From Squalus acanthias (taxonomy: Eukaryota): a stretch of DNA of 64,000 bases. The translations under genes were made by a program, and so were the position numbers. The notes beneath the pieces were generated by a model, which worked only from the letters and a program-made list of their open reading frames with translations, did not search any database and was not told where the DNA came from. Positions 1 to 12,332 of the stretch are shown here, in pieces (positions within the stretch are counted from its first letter, which is position 1; each line of letters begins with the position of its first letter). The stretch lies in contig CM059434.1 in assembly GCA_030390025.1 (NCBI GenBank), forward strand, positions 43,958,001 to 44,022,000. The letters are read 5' to 3'.

Positions 1-680
1 CCACTTGAGCCTCGCTGCTTTTATTTATCTCTATGACATTAATAATGCAATTGAGACTGAAGCACGTGAAGTCAGATCATCAATTTCACCCACACTAGTG
101 GAAGACGAACATGTAAATTATGCAACTAGATAGGAATACATTTCCTGAATGAGTTATACATTTACATCTTGGTTTGCGGGCTAAAGGGGGAACTTGCTTC
201 TGTAAATTTCAGATTTTGAAACTTGTTTTGTGTTTCTTTGCTCATGAACGTTAGGGATGTTCGCACTTGAAATGGAATGTTTTCTGTTTTTGAGCATCCT
301 GGGTCAGCATCATTCCCAACTCAGGAAAAGCTCCTTCTGCACAGCCCAATGATGTGCCCTCGCCTTAATCGTAGAAAAACACCCATCTCAAAACCGTGGA
401 GCTCCTTACTTCGCTCCACCTACAATCTACAGGCTTTTCAATCTCAAGCTTGGTGTCATCTAACCTCTATTCCTTGATTTCACTTGGCATCGCCTCCAAC
501 GTTCAAACTCAGCAATGACCTGGACTATAGGCTGCGGCCCTACACTTGGGGTTCCTTATTCGAAAAAATTAACACCATGAAGCAAAATAAAAATGGCACT
601 CACCCATTCCCACTGCACAGAGAGACTAGAAAAATCAAAGCCTGCCAAAAATATATCAGATCCAGTAAAACCTTTACATC

Positions 681-1222
681 TGTAAATTTTGACTGCAGTC
701 TAACAGTACTTAGAGTTCAGACCCGTATTGGAACAGACAACTCGAGACAAAGATTTCAGGGTAACTATTCTGTACTTAAAATCAACAGCGATTACAAGCA
801 AGTACAAGCATACATATATACTACACCAGCGAGTGATCAGTTCGGCAGTGACTGGTAGGTTCTCTTCTCTGTGCGTCTGATCAAGTCGCCCGACTCACTA
901 CAGCAGCCCCTAGTGTCTTTCGACTGCACTTTTTATACCCCAAAACTTAGCAGACCGCCCAATGCATACGTGTCTCAGACCACGTTAACAATGGCCAGTA
1001 GTTGTTTTTCTTTCTCCTCTCTTATCTGTTAGTCAGTGGGCCTCAAGGCCGGTTACGCCATTGTCTGAAGAAGTTCCTGTTAACAGTGGCTCGAAGGTTT
1101 GTTTTACAGAACTCTCAAGGCCCAGTAACACGGCCCTCAGCCTCTCAAGGTATGCCGGTCCATTAAATTTGGTCAACTTTGAGTTTAGTCAAGTTACTTT
1201 ACAGCGATGATGTATTCTTACA
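681..1222 (-). mobile_element. Solo LTR (542 bp)
   Basis: Begins TGTAA and ends TTACA, flanked by 4-bp TSD CATC (677-680, 1223-1226). Minus strand has GGGGTATAAAAAG TATA box (about 937-930), preceded by an inverted CCAAT (959-963). Confidence 0.75.
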
Positions 1223-2142
1223 CATCTTTCATATTACTATTGCACATTAATATATAGGAATTTTATGAATTCAAATAAAAGTTAACATTTATGATTAAAA
1301 GCATCAATACTGAGCTATTTCTCTGTTCATTTCCATACATAAAATCTAACTGGCACCAACTTACATACATCAAAGCCATGCTGAGGCACAATGTCTTGTG
1401 CTGAGCATGTTTATGGAAGTTCAGATTCGTTCAGGATCTTCTCTGTCTCTCCCCCACCCTCTAGAATGCTAGTTGAATTAAATTAAATTAAAGGAGACAA
1501 GGTTATTCTTGAAGCAGTCATCCTGTTTTCAGATGTTTGCCGAAAATAAAATAATACTTAGTAGAATTTAAATAGGAAATTTCAATGATCTACACTGGAG
1601 CTTGTTACTCAGGCTGGGATACATCAAGAGGCAATATCCCTTTGACATGTATGCTCAACTGATAGTGGTGTCGCAAGATGCCTCTCCTCTCCACAAATCA
1701 AAGCTTTAATAATATAAAATTCAGCAGGGCTTACCATAATAAATCAATCCTTAAAAAATGATTCTGTATCAGAGATATTGCTGTCAAAAGTCGGCCAAAC
1801 TGACTAGATTCAATGCAGAAAAGATCTTTGACAATCGTAAAAAGGTCAATTTTGCAAACTTTTTTAAAAGCTGTTAATGGAGTGCTGTTCTCAGTAGAAT
1901 TGCTAATACTGCAATCCTCGCACCAACAGTCTGTCCATTAAAAACAAGACGTGGGCCAGATCTCTTGCTGCCCACTGGGTGCCACTTACCTGCAGCCTGA
2001 CCCATCTCGCAGGCCGCAGTTGTCATAGTGACAGACACGTTAGGTTCACCGTCGGGGAAAGTTTCCCGATTGTTATTTTTAGTGAAATTGTGAATGCATT
2101 CTTTCAGAATTCATTCGCAATTTCACAAGAAAAAGCAAATAT

Positions 2143-2470
2143 GGGCAACACGGTGGCATAGTGGTTAGCACTGTTACCTCACAGCGCCAGGGACCCGGGT
2201 TTGAATCCGGCCTCGGGTGACTGTCTGTGTGGAGTTTGCACATTCTCCCCGTGTCTGCGTGGGTTTCATCCGGGTGCTCCGGTTTCCTCCCACAGTCCAA
2301 AGATGTGCAGGTTAGGTTGATTTGGCTATGATAAATTGACCCTTAGTGTTAGGGGGGATTAAATACGTGGGGTTACGGGGATAGGGTGGGATATGTGTCG
2401 GTGCAGGCTCGATGGGCCGAAATGGCCTCTATCTGCACTGTGGGGATTCTGTGATTCTGTGATTCTGTGA
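2143..2470 (+). mobile_element. HE1-type V-SINE (tRNA-derived shark SINE)
   Basis: tRNA-like head (TGGCATAGTGG A box, GGTTTGAATCC B box). V-domain tgtgtggagtttgcacattctccccgtgtctgcgtgggttt...ccggtttcctcccacagtccaaagatgtgc. CR1-type tail gggccgaaatggcct ending in (GATTCTGT)3. Confidence 0.9.
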
Positions 2471-2659
2471 AATCTTCTTGCAAAGTTTACAGTGTTGCTA
2501 ACACATGGTGACCAGAGGAATTCTTAGCTCAGACTGTCTACCGCACTTGCTGATCTGGAAGGGGGAGCAAGGTACTGGCTAGGTTTCAAGGTGCAACTAG
2601 AATGAAATTAAATTTGCAACCAACAGAATTTGGGGAGGGAGGGAGATTTTCAAGCAACT

Positions 2660-2900
2660 TGATGGCTCAGTTGGTAGGAGCCATACCCCGTGAGTAGCTG
2701 AGCCATCCGGTAAGGAAAATCCCAGGTTTCATCCCCCAGTCCGTGCTGAGTTAGCTGACCTCAAGCAGGTCAACAGAAGGATACTGCAATTGGCCTCAGC
2801 TCCCCAGGCAGGGGAGTGACCCCTGCTGGAAAGTGTGAGTGGCAGGTGAGGACAGGAGTAACTTCAGCTGTGATGCCCCGACAGTCATGGACAGGAGGAA
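2660..2900 (+). mobile_element. Unnamed tRNA-headed SINE-like family ('family X'), copy
   Basis: TGGCTCAGTTGG A box, GGTTTCATCCC B-box-like. Body gtgctgagttagctgacctcag...caattggcctcagc is shared with many other copies in the window. Confidence 0.65.
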
Positions 2901-5009
2901 AGGAATTAGGGGAAGAAGGCAAAGTTTTTTTTTAAATGTAACATAACAGATTTTTCAAAATCCTTCCTTAAAGTAAAATACTTTCCAGAGAAACGAGGAT
3001 ACAATGCATCATTTTATAAAATCAATCCTTTATCAGCTGGGCAGTAAAAGAGAATAATTATGTGGTCGAAGGGTAAATTCGGTAGAGCTTGTTATAGCCC
3101 TATCCCCAACTCATTCTCTCATCTAGCAAAGCTGTGCTCCAGGCGAGGGTCTGTCGATCAGCCCTGTCTCCACTTGAATTCATGTCTAGCGAGACTGGGT
3201 TCTGGGAGGAGGAGCAAGGCTTCACTGTTTTAGCCATATTTCAGACTCTCACTCCCGTCTAGTAAGGCTGAATATGCCCTGTAATTTTCAGGTTTAAGTC
3301 ACTATTGATAGTCCGGTTTCATTTACATCTATTCAAACTTCATACTGACTGTCATTGTATTCAGCTCCTATTTGAAAATCTCTCCTCACAAATGTGTTGG
3401 TGAATGGCATAGAAAACAATTATTTGTTAGAATTGGTGTATAGTGGGTAACAATACTAAATAAGATACCAGATAGAATAAAATGCCCAGGAGGGTAGGCT
3501 GGCGGGGATGTCACTGAGATATAGTTTCTTGAATCCTGCAGGAAGGCTCACACAACATGCAAGCTGCTGTTTAATGTGCTTTCTTAACTGCTGGCGATGT
3601 GATATCTGGAGCAGTTTGCTCCCAGCAGCAATGTCACCTATAATGTGACCAAGCTGGGTAGGTGTGACAATAATGAAACTATGCAATAAAGCCAAAAGAA
3701 ACTGCTGCTGACAATGGGCCTTTGAATCACAATTGTAGCAATATTGGGGCAGTGTATTGGCAGCTCTGCTCTACGTCCAATTGATGGAACAAAGTGTAGA
3801 GGAAGCTTTTCATTTCACTTAGCCAAAGCAATGTCTCACTTGGGAATGCTCAATTGCATAAAGAGATTTTGCACTGCATTTAATCTGTGCCGTGCCTATA
3901 AGTATATAATGGAGCAGCATAGGAGTCTTGCCCTGCATCTGGCTGACACTATAGTCAACCTGGGAGTACTTGATGCGGTAGAGTAGAGAGAGTTTTTTCC
4001 TCCATCTAACCATGCTATAACTGGTAACCTTGGAATGCTCAATATTAACATTGGTGATAAAAATGTTCTATTCCTCAACATTGAAATCCTCCCCAGAATG
4101 AGCATAAAGCTCTCCCAAAATATATCCGAAATAAAAAAATATTATAATTGTGCTAATCAGTGGGACTCACAATGAACAACGTCCTCAATTTAATCCTTTT
4201 CTAGTTAGAATATAATGAAATAGGCAGAATGCAATTCCCCAAACGTGCTTATAGGTAACCTCAAAACTCCTGTATCATTTTTATATGAAGAATTTGTTCC
4301 CTAATTGCGCGGCAATGTCAACTGGGCATGATTCTAAACTGCTACCTGCTATTTAGACCTGCGGTTAGGAGAACTTATAACCATCAAATCATCTCCCATA
4401 GCATTGCCCTTGGCTAAAAGTTAAAACCAAATGTCTCTTTTCCCCTGACTCTGTGGCTGGCTGTCACTCACACTAATTCAGTCTCTCTCACTCTGCTTTT
4501 GTCTTCCACTTTTTCTGTCTCATTCTTTTTCTCTATCTCAGTATGGCTTACACACACTTTCCCCCATTCTCATCTCTGAAGAGTGAAGCTGCTGGCTGAA
4601 TTTCCACTCCTCAGCGCAGAGATGCGGAGGCCAATCTTAGTGGCCTTTAATAAAATAAATGGAAAAGGCAGAGGGAAAAAAAACCCTGGTGCTGATGTGC
4701 TGTAATAGAGTGAAGTTGTTCTTGTTTCTGGAGTTGCTGATCTGTGTCAAATTTATTCAGCACTTTCTGATCGACATCAACCTATATTTTTGATTTGATG
4801 TTTTATTTCTCACCAACACTGATTGCCTGCAGCAGAATAGCACATCCAATCATCCCCATGGATCTGAATATCACTTTCTTTTTGACCACAGCCGTTTTGG
4901 CAGGTGGGCTCTCTCAGCTTGGTTAATTCGAGGTAGGCCCGAGCACAGGCCTAGGCAGTGGAGTTGTGGCAGACAGGACCAGTGTCATAGCAAGAATAAC
5001 TGGCATTTA

Positions 5010-5100
5010 TTAACTTGCATTTTATATAATGCCTTTAATGTAGTAAAACATCCCAGGGTGCTTCACAGGAGCGTTATCAAATAAAATTTGACACACCGTG
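5010..5100 (-). mobile_element. L2 LINE 3' tail fragment
   Basis: Matches the tail of the L2 copy at 18525 (aacttgcat...gtagtaaaacatcccagggtgcttcacaggagcgttatc...atttgacac). Confidence 0.75.
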
Positions 5101-6374
5101 ATGAGAAAGGGAAGGGAGTAAGAAAGAGAGAGAGCAGTCAGAGCTAGTACTGGAGGGTGTGCAGGAACATAATAATGAGTACATGTATGCTTTTGATCTA
5201 CGACGCATGCGTTATTCAAATTGGCATTAGAAGGTATGGCTGGAGTAAGATGGTGTGGTCTGCTGTGGTACTTGCAGGGCGTTGTGTATTATTGTTTTTT
5301 CAGGGACGACATAGTCTCAAGGTAGGATGGGATGTTTATGGCTAAATTTGTAATGCTTTTCTGAATAATTGAACTCCTTCTGTGTTAATTATATTGCGAA
5401 GCTTATTTTTAGGGGCGTGCAGTAGGGTGAGCGAGGAAGTGTCATGACGCCTATATAACACTGAAACTTTTTCAATAATATGTTTTTGTGAGTGAACCAG
5501 TCAGAAATGACACCAGAGAGATGGTTCTGAAATTTCATTGGTTCCTGGTGACATGGTTAGGCGCTCTGATTGGTTCCAGGCATCTGATTTGTTAAACTGG
5601 CAGGTTGAAGCAGGCAGTGATTTCTGGGGTCCGATTGGTTAATGTTCTGATATGTGATTGGTGAAAGGAAAAGGACTCTGGAACACTCCGACACTGCAAT
5701 GCTACATTTACAGATACAACATACATTTTATTGTATTTTAGGAAAGAGAATTGTACTAAGCTCACTGTATATTCAGAGCCAGAGAAGCAGTCTTGCTAAA
5801 TCACTAGGTGGGGAAAGAGTAATTTATGAGTTAAGTAATAAAATACATAAAACTAACTGCGCTACTCATTTTATAATGATTTCTGCTCACTGTAGTATTA
5901 AGGAGGCAGTCAATAAATATCTGAGAATCTAGGGTTTGGCTTCTTCTAAAGTGTAGGGTTACACACTTTAAACTTTGGTAATTTAATATAACATAGGTAT
6001 GTCTAATGTTTATGGAAAGCTATCATTTACTTTATAAAACAACTTTTGAATAACTGTCTAAAGCATAAACTGTCACACTCAGTCTTAATGCTTTTTTGAT
6101 ATGCAAATAAGTCACACCAACGTGGTCAAACTTAATCATCAAGGTGCTATGTGTTTCGAGCTGTGCAAAGAGCTCTGTATGGATAAAGTGAATGTGAAGT
6201 ATAACGGGAAAATCCTTTTCAGTGCCTTATCCCTCATTCCCTGCCTTGATTCAGCCATTAAAGGCTATCGAGGCCCCAGAAGAAAATATACTGACGGGGG
6301 AGGTGGGGGAGAAGAAATGGGATATCCATCGTCTGTCAGGCTAGTAACTGGGAAGCATTGTGTTCCCTAGAATA

Positions 6375-6630
6375 TTCCTGGGGGGAGAAATTCGGTATCG
6401 CCCCGTTTGGGGCGCAATTATCGGCCGGGCGCAAAGTTTAGCGCCTGGCGCTAATTATCGCCTCCGACTGCAAACTTGGCTTCCATCACCCCTGGAGGTG
6501 ATTGGAGCGCTAAATCAGGTGCTACACACCTCTCTTAAGGTGCTAACGCCGAGGAGCGAGGCGCTACCTCAGAGCGCTGGCGAAGCTCATGTGATGTCAG
6601 TCTGTGTTCCATTGCTGACTTGGTACATCA
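6375..6630. mobile_element. CpG-rich interspersed element fragment (MITE/DNA-transposon-like)
   Basis: Abrupt GC/CpG-rich segment starting ggggagaaattcggtatcgcccc, with internal short inverted motifs (tagcgcctggcgcta), in an AT-rich background. Confidence 0.4.
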
Positions 6631-6789
6631 TCTGAAAAAAGGTAGGGGTCCTTCATCAGATCATACTGAAAATTTCATATCAGTTCCATTTTTTATTCCT
6701 CATTTATTTGGCAGTTTATGAATAAAATGTATCTTTAATCGTGTACATACACACTTCAAAAATTAAACATTTTTCCAGGTTTCCGTATG

Positions 6790-7680
6790 GTCCAGGGGGT
6801 AAATCCTAGTGTGATACAGATGGATACAAACCAAGGCGACCACAGATTCAATCCCTGCTCTCTGCTGAGGCAGCAGTAGGAACACAGCAATTGATCTCAA
6901 CATCCATGGACTAAGGTTGGGAAACCAATATCCAGGATTCCCTTGTTGATCACTATCCCGTGATCTCTGCTGGAATATGTGTGTGCGTGTGTGTGGATAT
7001 TGAACGAGGACAAGATTGGTTTCATGTTTCCCTACGGTCAAAACTCCTGCCAGGCTCAGATGTGAAGAATGGCCACTTGGGTGAGGTATCCCCAGGTTGC
7101 TGGCACCCTTTGAACCTGTACCCGAGAACAGGCCAGTGTGTTCAGGAGGGCACCCTTTGAACCTGTACCCGAGAACAGGCCAGTGTGTTCAGGAGGGCAC
7201 CCTTTGAACCTGTACCCGAGAACAGGCCAGCGTGTTCAGGAGGGCACCCTTTGAACCTGTACCCGAGAACAGGCCAGTGTGTTCAGGAGGGCACCCTTTG
7301 AACCTGTACCCGAGAACAGGTCAGTGTGTTCAGGAGGGCACCCTTTGAACCTGTACCCGAGAACAGGCCAGCGTGTTCAGGAGGGCACCCTTTGAACCTG
7401 TACCCGAGAACAGGCCAGCGTGTTCAGGAGGGCACCCTTTGAACCTGTACCCGAGAACAGGCCAGTGTGTTCAGGAGGGCACCCTTTGAACCTGTACCCG
7501 AGAACAGGCCAGCGTGTTCAGGAGGGCACCCTTTGAACCTGTACCCGAGAACAGGCCAGCGTGTTCAGGAGGGCACCCTTTGAACCTGTACCTGAGAACA
7601 GGTCAGTGTGTTCAGGAGGGCACCCTTTGAACCTGTACCTGAGAACAGGCCAGCGTGTTCAGAAGAGGAGGGGAGAAAAT
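6790..7680 (+). mobile_element. Family X SINE copy containing the 47-bp minisatellite
   Basis: B-box-like gattcaatccc (about 6846) and family body to gaagaatggccacttgggtgagg (about 7085). The family 3' end gttcagaagaggagggagaaaa resumes after the array. Confidence 0.7.
7102..7665 (+). repeat. Minisatellite, 12 x 47 bp
   Basis: Unit GGCACCCTTTGAACCTGTACCYGAGAACAGGYCAGYGTGTTCAGGAG. CACCCTTTG recurs at 7104, 7151, 7198 ... 7621 with exact period 47. Only C/T variants. Confidence 0.97.
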
Positions 7681-7730
7681 TGTGGGGAAACTTCTTATAG
7701 GCGTCAGAGAATCCGTTTTGACAACACAGA

Positions 7731-7901
7731 GGGATGAATTTTGTCTTTTAGCACGGGCGGAAAACAAGTGGTAGTGGATTGGTGGTATGTTTAACCACAC
7801 TGCCCAATTTTTGTTTCCATTGCAGTTAATTAATATGAAAATCGGGCGGGGTGTAAAGCAAGTGGACGATCCACTAGTGGTAAAAGTGTAAATTCACCCC
7901 G
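7731..7901. mobile_element. Degenerate foldback (hairpin MITE-like) element
   Basis: Ends ggatgaattt / aaattcaccc. Inner arms tagtggat / atccacta and gcccaatttt / aaaatcgggc. Confidence 0.5.
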
Positions 7902-8069
7902 GAGTGAGTTGTTCCACGCACACGGTCCAATATCCATTTAGCTGACAGGCTACATGATCAAACCTACAGTACGACTAGTTGGAATGTCAAAGCCTGGGAA
8001 ACACAAAGATTTAATCTTAGTAAATCAAAGAGACTCTTAAATTGAGGGCAGGTTGGGCCGTGTACTTAC

Positions 8070-8312
8070 CGCTCTGTGCTGGGTGGCAGCCATGTTTTCC
8101 CAATCACTGTCTGGTTGGAGGCTGCTGACAACAGGTGGTAGCTCCTCAGAGTGAGGTTTGTTGATTACTAGTGTGTGCAGGGGCAGGTGTGAGGCTGCGT
8201 GCTGGTCATTGAGCTCCTCCCTTTCCCTCTCCCGCACCAATCGTTCCTGGACCATTGCTTCCTCTCCATCAGCAGAAGAAGCATACGGAGAGGCGGCTTG
8301 CTTGGAAGACAT
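8070..8312 (-). CDS. SOX6: SOX6 (SoxD transcription factor) canonical first coding exon, 81 codons
   Basis: Translation [81 protein letters not shown] closely resembles the vertebrate SOX6 N-terminus ([22 protein letters not shown]...[22 protein letters not shown]...DADWD). Minus-strand acceptor ttcttcttctttacgttcaacag|CAGA ATG (exon start 8316). Phase-0 donor GCG|GTAAGT at 8069. Confidence 0.95.
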
Positions 8313-8694
8313 TCTGCTGTTGAACGTAAAGAAGAAGAACACAGATTCAATGATAATAATAAGAGTGTATTAATGCTTTGAGCAAATAATTCCTCTTTGA
8401 AGCTTTCAAAATGCATGCATTTACTAATATACATAACACTTTGAATACAGAGTTACTATTTCTAAGGTAGGAAGTATGATCATCCCTGGGGTTCCCACAC
8501 AACTGGGAATGGGGGTGGGGTGGGGGGGGGGGTGGGGGCATGATTTTGAAGCCTCCCACCTGGCAGAAGCAGAATGGTAGCACCCCGAAAATGTTGGGGA
8601 TCGCTCACTGCCTCGTTCCCACTGACGTTGTGGCCATCTCTATCTTCCCTACGGCCTACCATTGGGTGGCTGGAGCCTGAGTCAGGCAGTAAGT

Positions 8695-9107
8695 TTTATT
8701 CATTCAAGGGATGTGGCGTCGCTTGCAAGGCCAGCATTTATTGCCCATCCTTAATTGCCCTTGAGAAGGTGGTGATGAACCAATGCAGTTTTTCCTAGAA
8801 GCTTGGGTACAACTGAGTGGCTTGCTAGGCCATTTCAGAAGGCAGTTAAGAGTCAACCGCATTGCTGTGGGTCTGGAGTCACATAGGCCAGACTGCCTTA
8901 AGGCGGCAGATTTCCTTCCCTAAAGGACATTAGTGAACAAGATGGGTTTTTACGACAATCCAATAGTTTCATGGTCACCATTACTGATACTAGCTTTTTA
9001 TTCCAGATTTATTTAATTAACTGAATTTAAATTCCCCAGCTGCCGTAGTGGGATTTGAACTCATGTCTCCGGATCACTAGTCCAGTAACATAACCACTGT
9101 GCTACCG
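8695..9107 (-). mobile_element. tRNA-derived SINE with LINE-type poly(A)-signal tail
   Basis: Minus strand reads ggtagcacagtggttatgttactggactagt...gagttcaaatcccac (A/B boxes), then the body, then tail gggcaattaaggatgggcaataaatgctggccttgc...gaatgaataaaa. Confidence 0.8.
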
Positions 9108-11469
9108 GTTCTTTTGATTGTCCTACGACGTACATTACTGCCATATTGGGCAATACTGGGTGGTGCGTGTGATAGCCTGCCTCAATATTCGATAAACACC
9201 TCACACCCATTGTGTTGGCAAGTCCCTGGTCCCAGACGCAATGTCCCAGCATCAGCTACCAGTCGAAGAGGAGCCCAGCTAGTAAGTTTTAATTTATTTG
9301 TTGTGGGGCCGGAGAGAGCAGGTATGCTTCTTCGGGCTCAACAAAAACAACCTGGGCCACTGCCACACCGAGTCCTCCCCTCCCCCCACCCCTTCCTGAG
9401 AATGGAAACCCCACAGCCACCCCCCTCCACCCCACAATCTACCTTCTTCCAGCCGGAAGCCGGCAGGCTTCCCTGTGAGGCTCGTTTTCAGCCCGCAGCC
9501 TGCTGGCCCTATGTCAGTGAAGCCAGACCCTCAAAATAAACCAGGCCTCCCATCGGGATTGTCGGCCGTCTGGCAGGCAGGCTCTGCCGGGCTGGCCAGC
9601 CGAATGCCGCTCGAGGGTTGTGGGGGGGATTCACTGCAACATGTTTCTCTGACACTGGATGGGATGTTTAGAGGGGTGAATGCCAAGCAGAAAGCACTGG
9701 CCAAGTATCCCTGAGTCACTTTTACACATCTGCTAGTGTCTGTCTCAACATCAAGATTGACCATGACCTGAAAACAAGGCTACCTGCCAGAGACTGGGGA
9801 GGCAAGAGTGAAAATAAAATGTCGGAAACTGCAACTTTTTATAAATGGAATATGGAGATTTTTTTTTTTTAATTGGCAGTAATCCTTACTTCTTTCCCCC
9901 ATGGTTTCTCCAAGAAACACATCAACCACAGTTGAAAAGCCAGGTTGGTGATCTACTTCCAGACATTTGCCAGTATCTTTTAGACCCAGGCCTTAGGAGT
10001 TGCATCAAAGCAATTCGGAGGCCAGGTCTCCAGCTCATTTTCCCCTCCCTGTTGGAAAGACTTGCCCTCCAGCCCCTCCCTTACAGCAGCATTCCTCAAA
10101 CCAGGAGTAGAGCCGGGCGGAGGGTTGCAAGTGCCACCCAGCACTCCGTGACTGTCTCATTCATTTTCTAGCATATTTGCGACAGTGATTGTGGATAAAG
10201 GTGAAGAAAAATAAAACTCAACATACGAGACAATTCTTAACATGCCACCGGCTCAGTACAGAAGTAAGAATAGCAATTGAAATTTTGATCTCAGTGCAGA
10301 AACCCCAATGCAGTCCCCGTAGGACTTTAGAGAACCACCTCTCTTTTAAAAGCAAAGATAGGACCGCTTTAAAACGCCTCTGAATCCCACTTACACAGCA
10401 CTGCCTTGTGTGGGTTTAAAGAGCAAGATATTTCAAGCAAATGTGGGCCAAAATAATCCTTGTTTATAACCAGCCTACTACAAAACAGCATCACCAAATT
10501 AGTATTATGTCAACTCATCTTTCAATTCAATTAAGACTTTTCTAAAACAGTTTCCTTGAAGCTCCTTCCATTCAAATGTATGGCATAGTTACGCATCTCT
10601 CACATTTTAGCCATTACAATCCCAAATATCAAAAGTATAGAAATAAAGAGAAAACATAGCAGTTATCTCATGCTAGCTTCTTCTGACTTGGAGCCTGGAA
10701 TTTGCAAGCACCTCCCAATCTGCAAATTTTGCTTACCAATAGCAATTAATCTCTAACTGACCTCAGAATTTACAGCAATTAAACTTTGTAGGTCCTAAAT
10801 GCAATTCCACTTTACGCAGTAGAATACAATGTACATTACAAGGTATAATTCTCTGGCTGTTATGAAACAGTTTATCATCCAACTTACTGTAAGCAACACC
10901 ATTGGAAATCTGCTAGTACTATCTAATTATCAATCAGGCAAAGATTCAAAATCCGTTTCAGTATCAGGTAAATGTGTCATTGAAGGAGCAACAGGTAAAT
11001 GACTTTTACAAACTGGGTAACATAGCACTGGAGTGGATCGATTTGAACTTGGAGCATCCCCCATGCAAAAAAAGTTTAAGACTTATAAGTAATAAAGAAA
11101 GGCATAAGGACCATTTTAGACTTACTGTACCTAGAAAAACAAGCCTCGTTTCTCCAAAGGGAGGGGCACTACAATTTCATTTATTTAGCCATTTTTCACA
11201 AGTTGGTTCCAGGACTAATAATTATTCTTATGACTCATATATGTATTGTTCCCCAAACCTCCATAAATGTTATAATAAGCATGAACATTTTTTTCAATTT
11301 TAGATCTATTGTCACATTTTTACTGTTCTCCCATCGCTGTGCTATTTCTCAATATGATAAAATGGGCTGCTCCCCAACAGATTTTCAGAGGTGGGGTACT
11401 GGGAGGGATTCTAGTCAGTGGAATTCTTAATGTGAATCCACACTTTCAGTATAGTTCAAAAACCACACA

Positions 11470-11795
11470 AACCAGAAGATCTCATATTTGCTGATCTTAA
11501 ATGGGGCAGCAGCTGGAGCACTACAATGGGCCTGAGGAACCCTGGCTAGTGAGGAGAATGAAAAATCAGCTAAGCTTCCTGTTCCTTATTATTATTGTGA
11601 CCCTTAATGGAAAGTGTGTCTGTGTGTGGACATCGGGTGAGAAAAGGATTGAACCTATCCACAATGGCCTTACAGTAGAATAGCTTGCTGGACCAGCCCA
11701 CATATGAAGATTGGCCATTTGGGCGCGGTGCTTGAGTGCTTTTGATCCCTGTGAAACCCAGCATGAGTCAATGCCTTGAGAAGAGAAAATTGAAG
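11470..11795 (+). mobile_element. Family X SINE copy
   Basis: ctgatctta...gcactacaatgggcctgag...ggacatcgggtgag...gaagattggccatttggg...agcatgagtcaatgccttgagaagagaaaa. Confidence 0.65.
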
Positions 11796-12332
11796 CGAAA
11801 AAAAAAAACTATAGTTACAAAATGAACATTAGGAGTATGCGAGCCAACATAATCTGTCACTCATCGGGGTGAGGGTTAATTCACTACTGGAGAATGGAAC
11901 TTATTACGCTTTCCATCTGGCAACACTTTGATTCTGGCAGCAATGCTAGTCATCCCTAAATTAGTGAAGAACTTATAAAGAGAGTTGAAAATTGAGGATC
12001 CCACAGAATTTGCCAGCTCCGCAGGGAAAGCCACTCCAAAGAGCTTGGGTGTGCGCAGCATGTGCACATTTCACAAGGGATCGAAGTGCCCTCACACAGC
12101 ATTACAGTCAAATGTTGACAAGCTGATCAAAAATCCATCCTGCATCCAACATACCATTTTCCAGCTGTGAGGGTGGGCAGACAAAGTGCTTCTCTACATC
12201 TATCAATGTCCATGTTAGCCAAGCACTAGGACATGTACTGACTGGCTTAAGGTGATTCACCCTTCAAATTCCTTTCCACCCTCTCTGTGAAGAAGGACCT
12301 AGACTCTGCTCATGGGCTAACGTATAGATCAT

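Noticed and set aside
2082-2126. Pre-miRNA
   Set aside because: No match to a miRNA I recognise, a very short loop, and a context that suggests a foldback repeat.
2143-2215. tRNA gene (also at about 9040-9107, 45620-45680, 54735-54792)
   Set aside because: tRNA-like heads continue directly into SINE bodies; they are not standalone tRNAs.
3680-4090. Possible very old CR1 fragment or small ORFs
   Set aside because: Only faint resemblance (LGMLNCIKR); too degraded to call by eye.
7102-7665. CRISPR-like array
   Set aside because: Units are contiguous with no unique spacers, derive from a SINE, and the context is eukaryotic with no cas genes.
8070-8312. SOX5 or SOX13 identity
   Set aside because: MSSKQ start and HLPLH...NKPHSEELP...DW motifs match SOX6, not the MSSKRPASPYGEADGEVAM pattern of SOX5.
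8037-8342. 101-aa ORF as a complete gene
   Set aside because: The first residues (FFFFTFNS) are the polypyrimidine tract and acceptor, and the last (VSTRPNLPSI) are read-through past the GTAAGT donor. Only 8070-8312 is coding.
9099-9764. GC-rich ORFs of 77-146 aa
   Set aside because: No recognisable protein motifs or splice structure; they look like a GC-rich interspersed repeat.
10389-10440. Additional coding exon ending at the GTAAGT donor-like site at 10394 (minus)
   Set aside because: The phase-2 frame hits TGA within 13 codons with no ATG, and the exonic side of the donor is weak.
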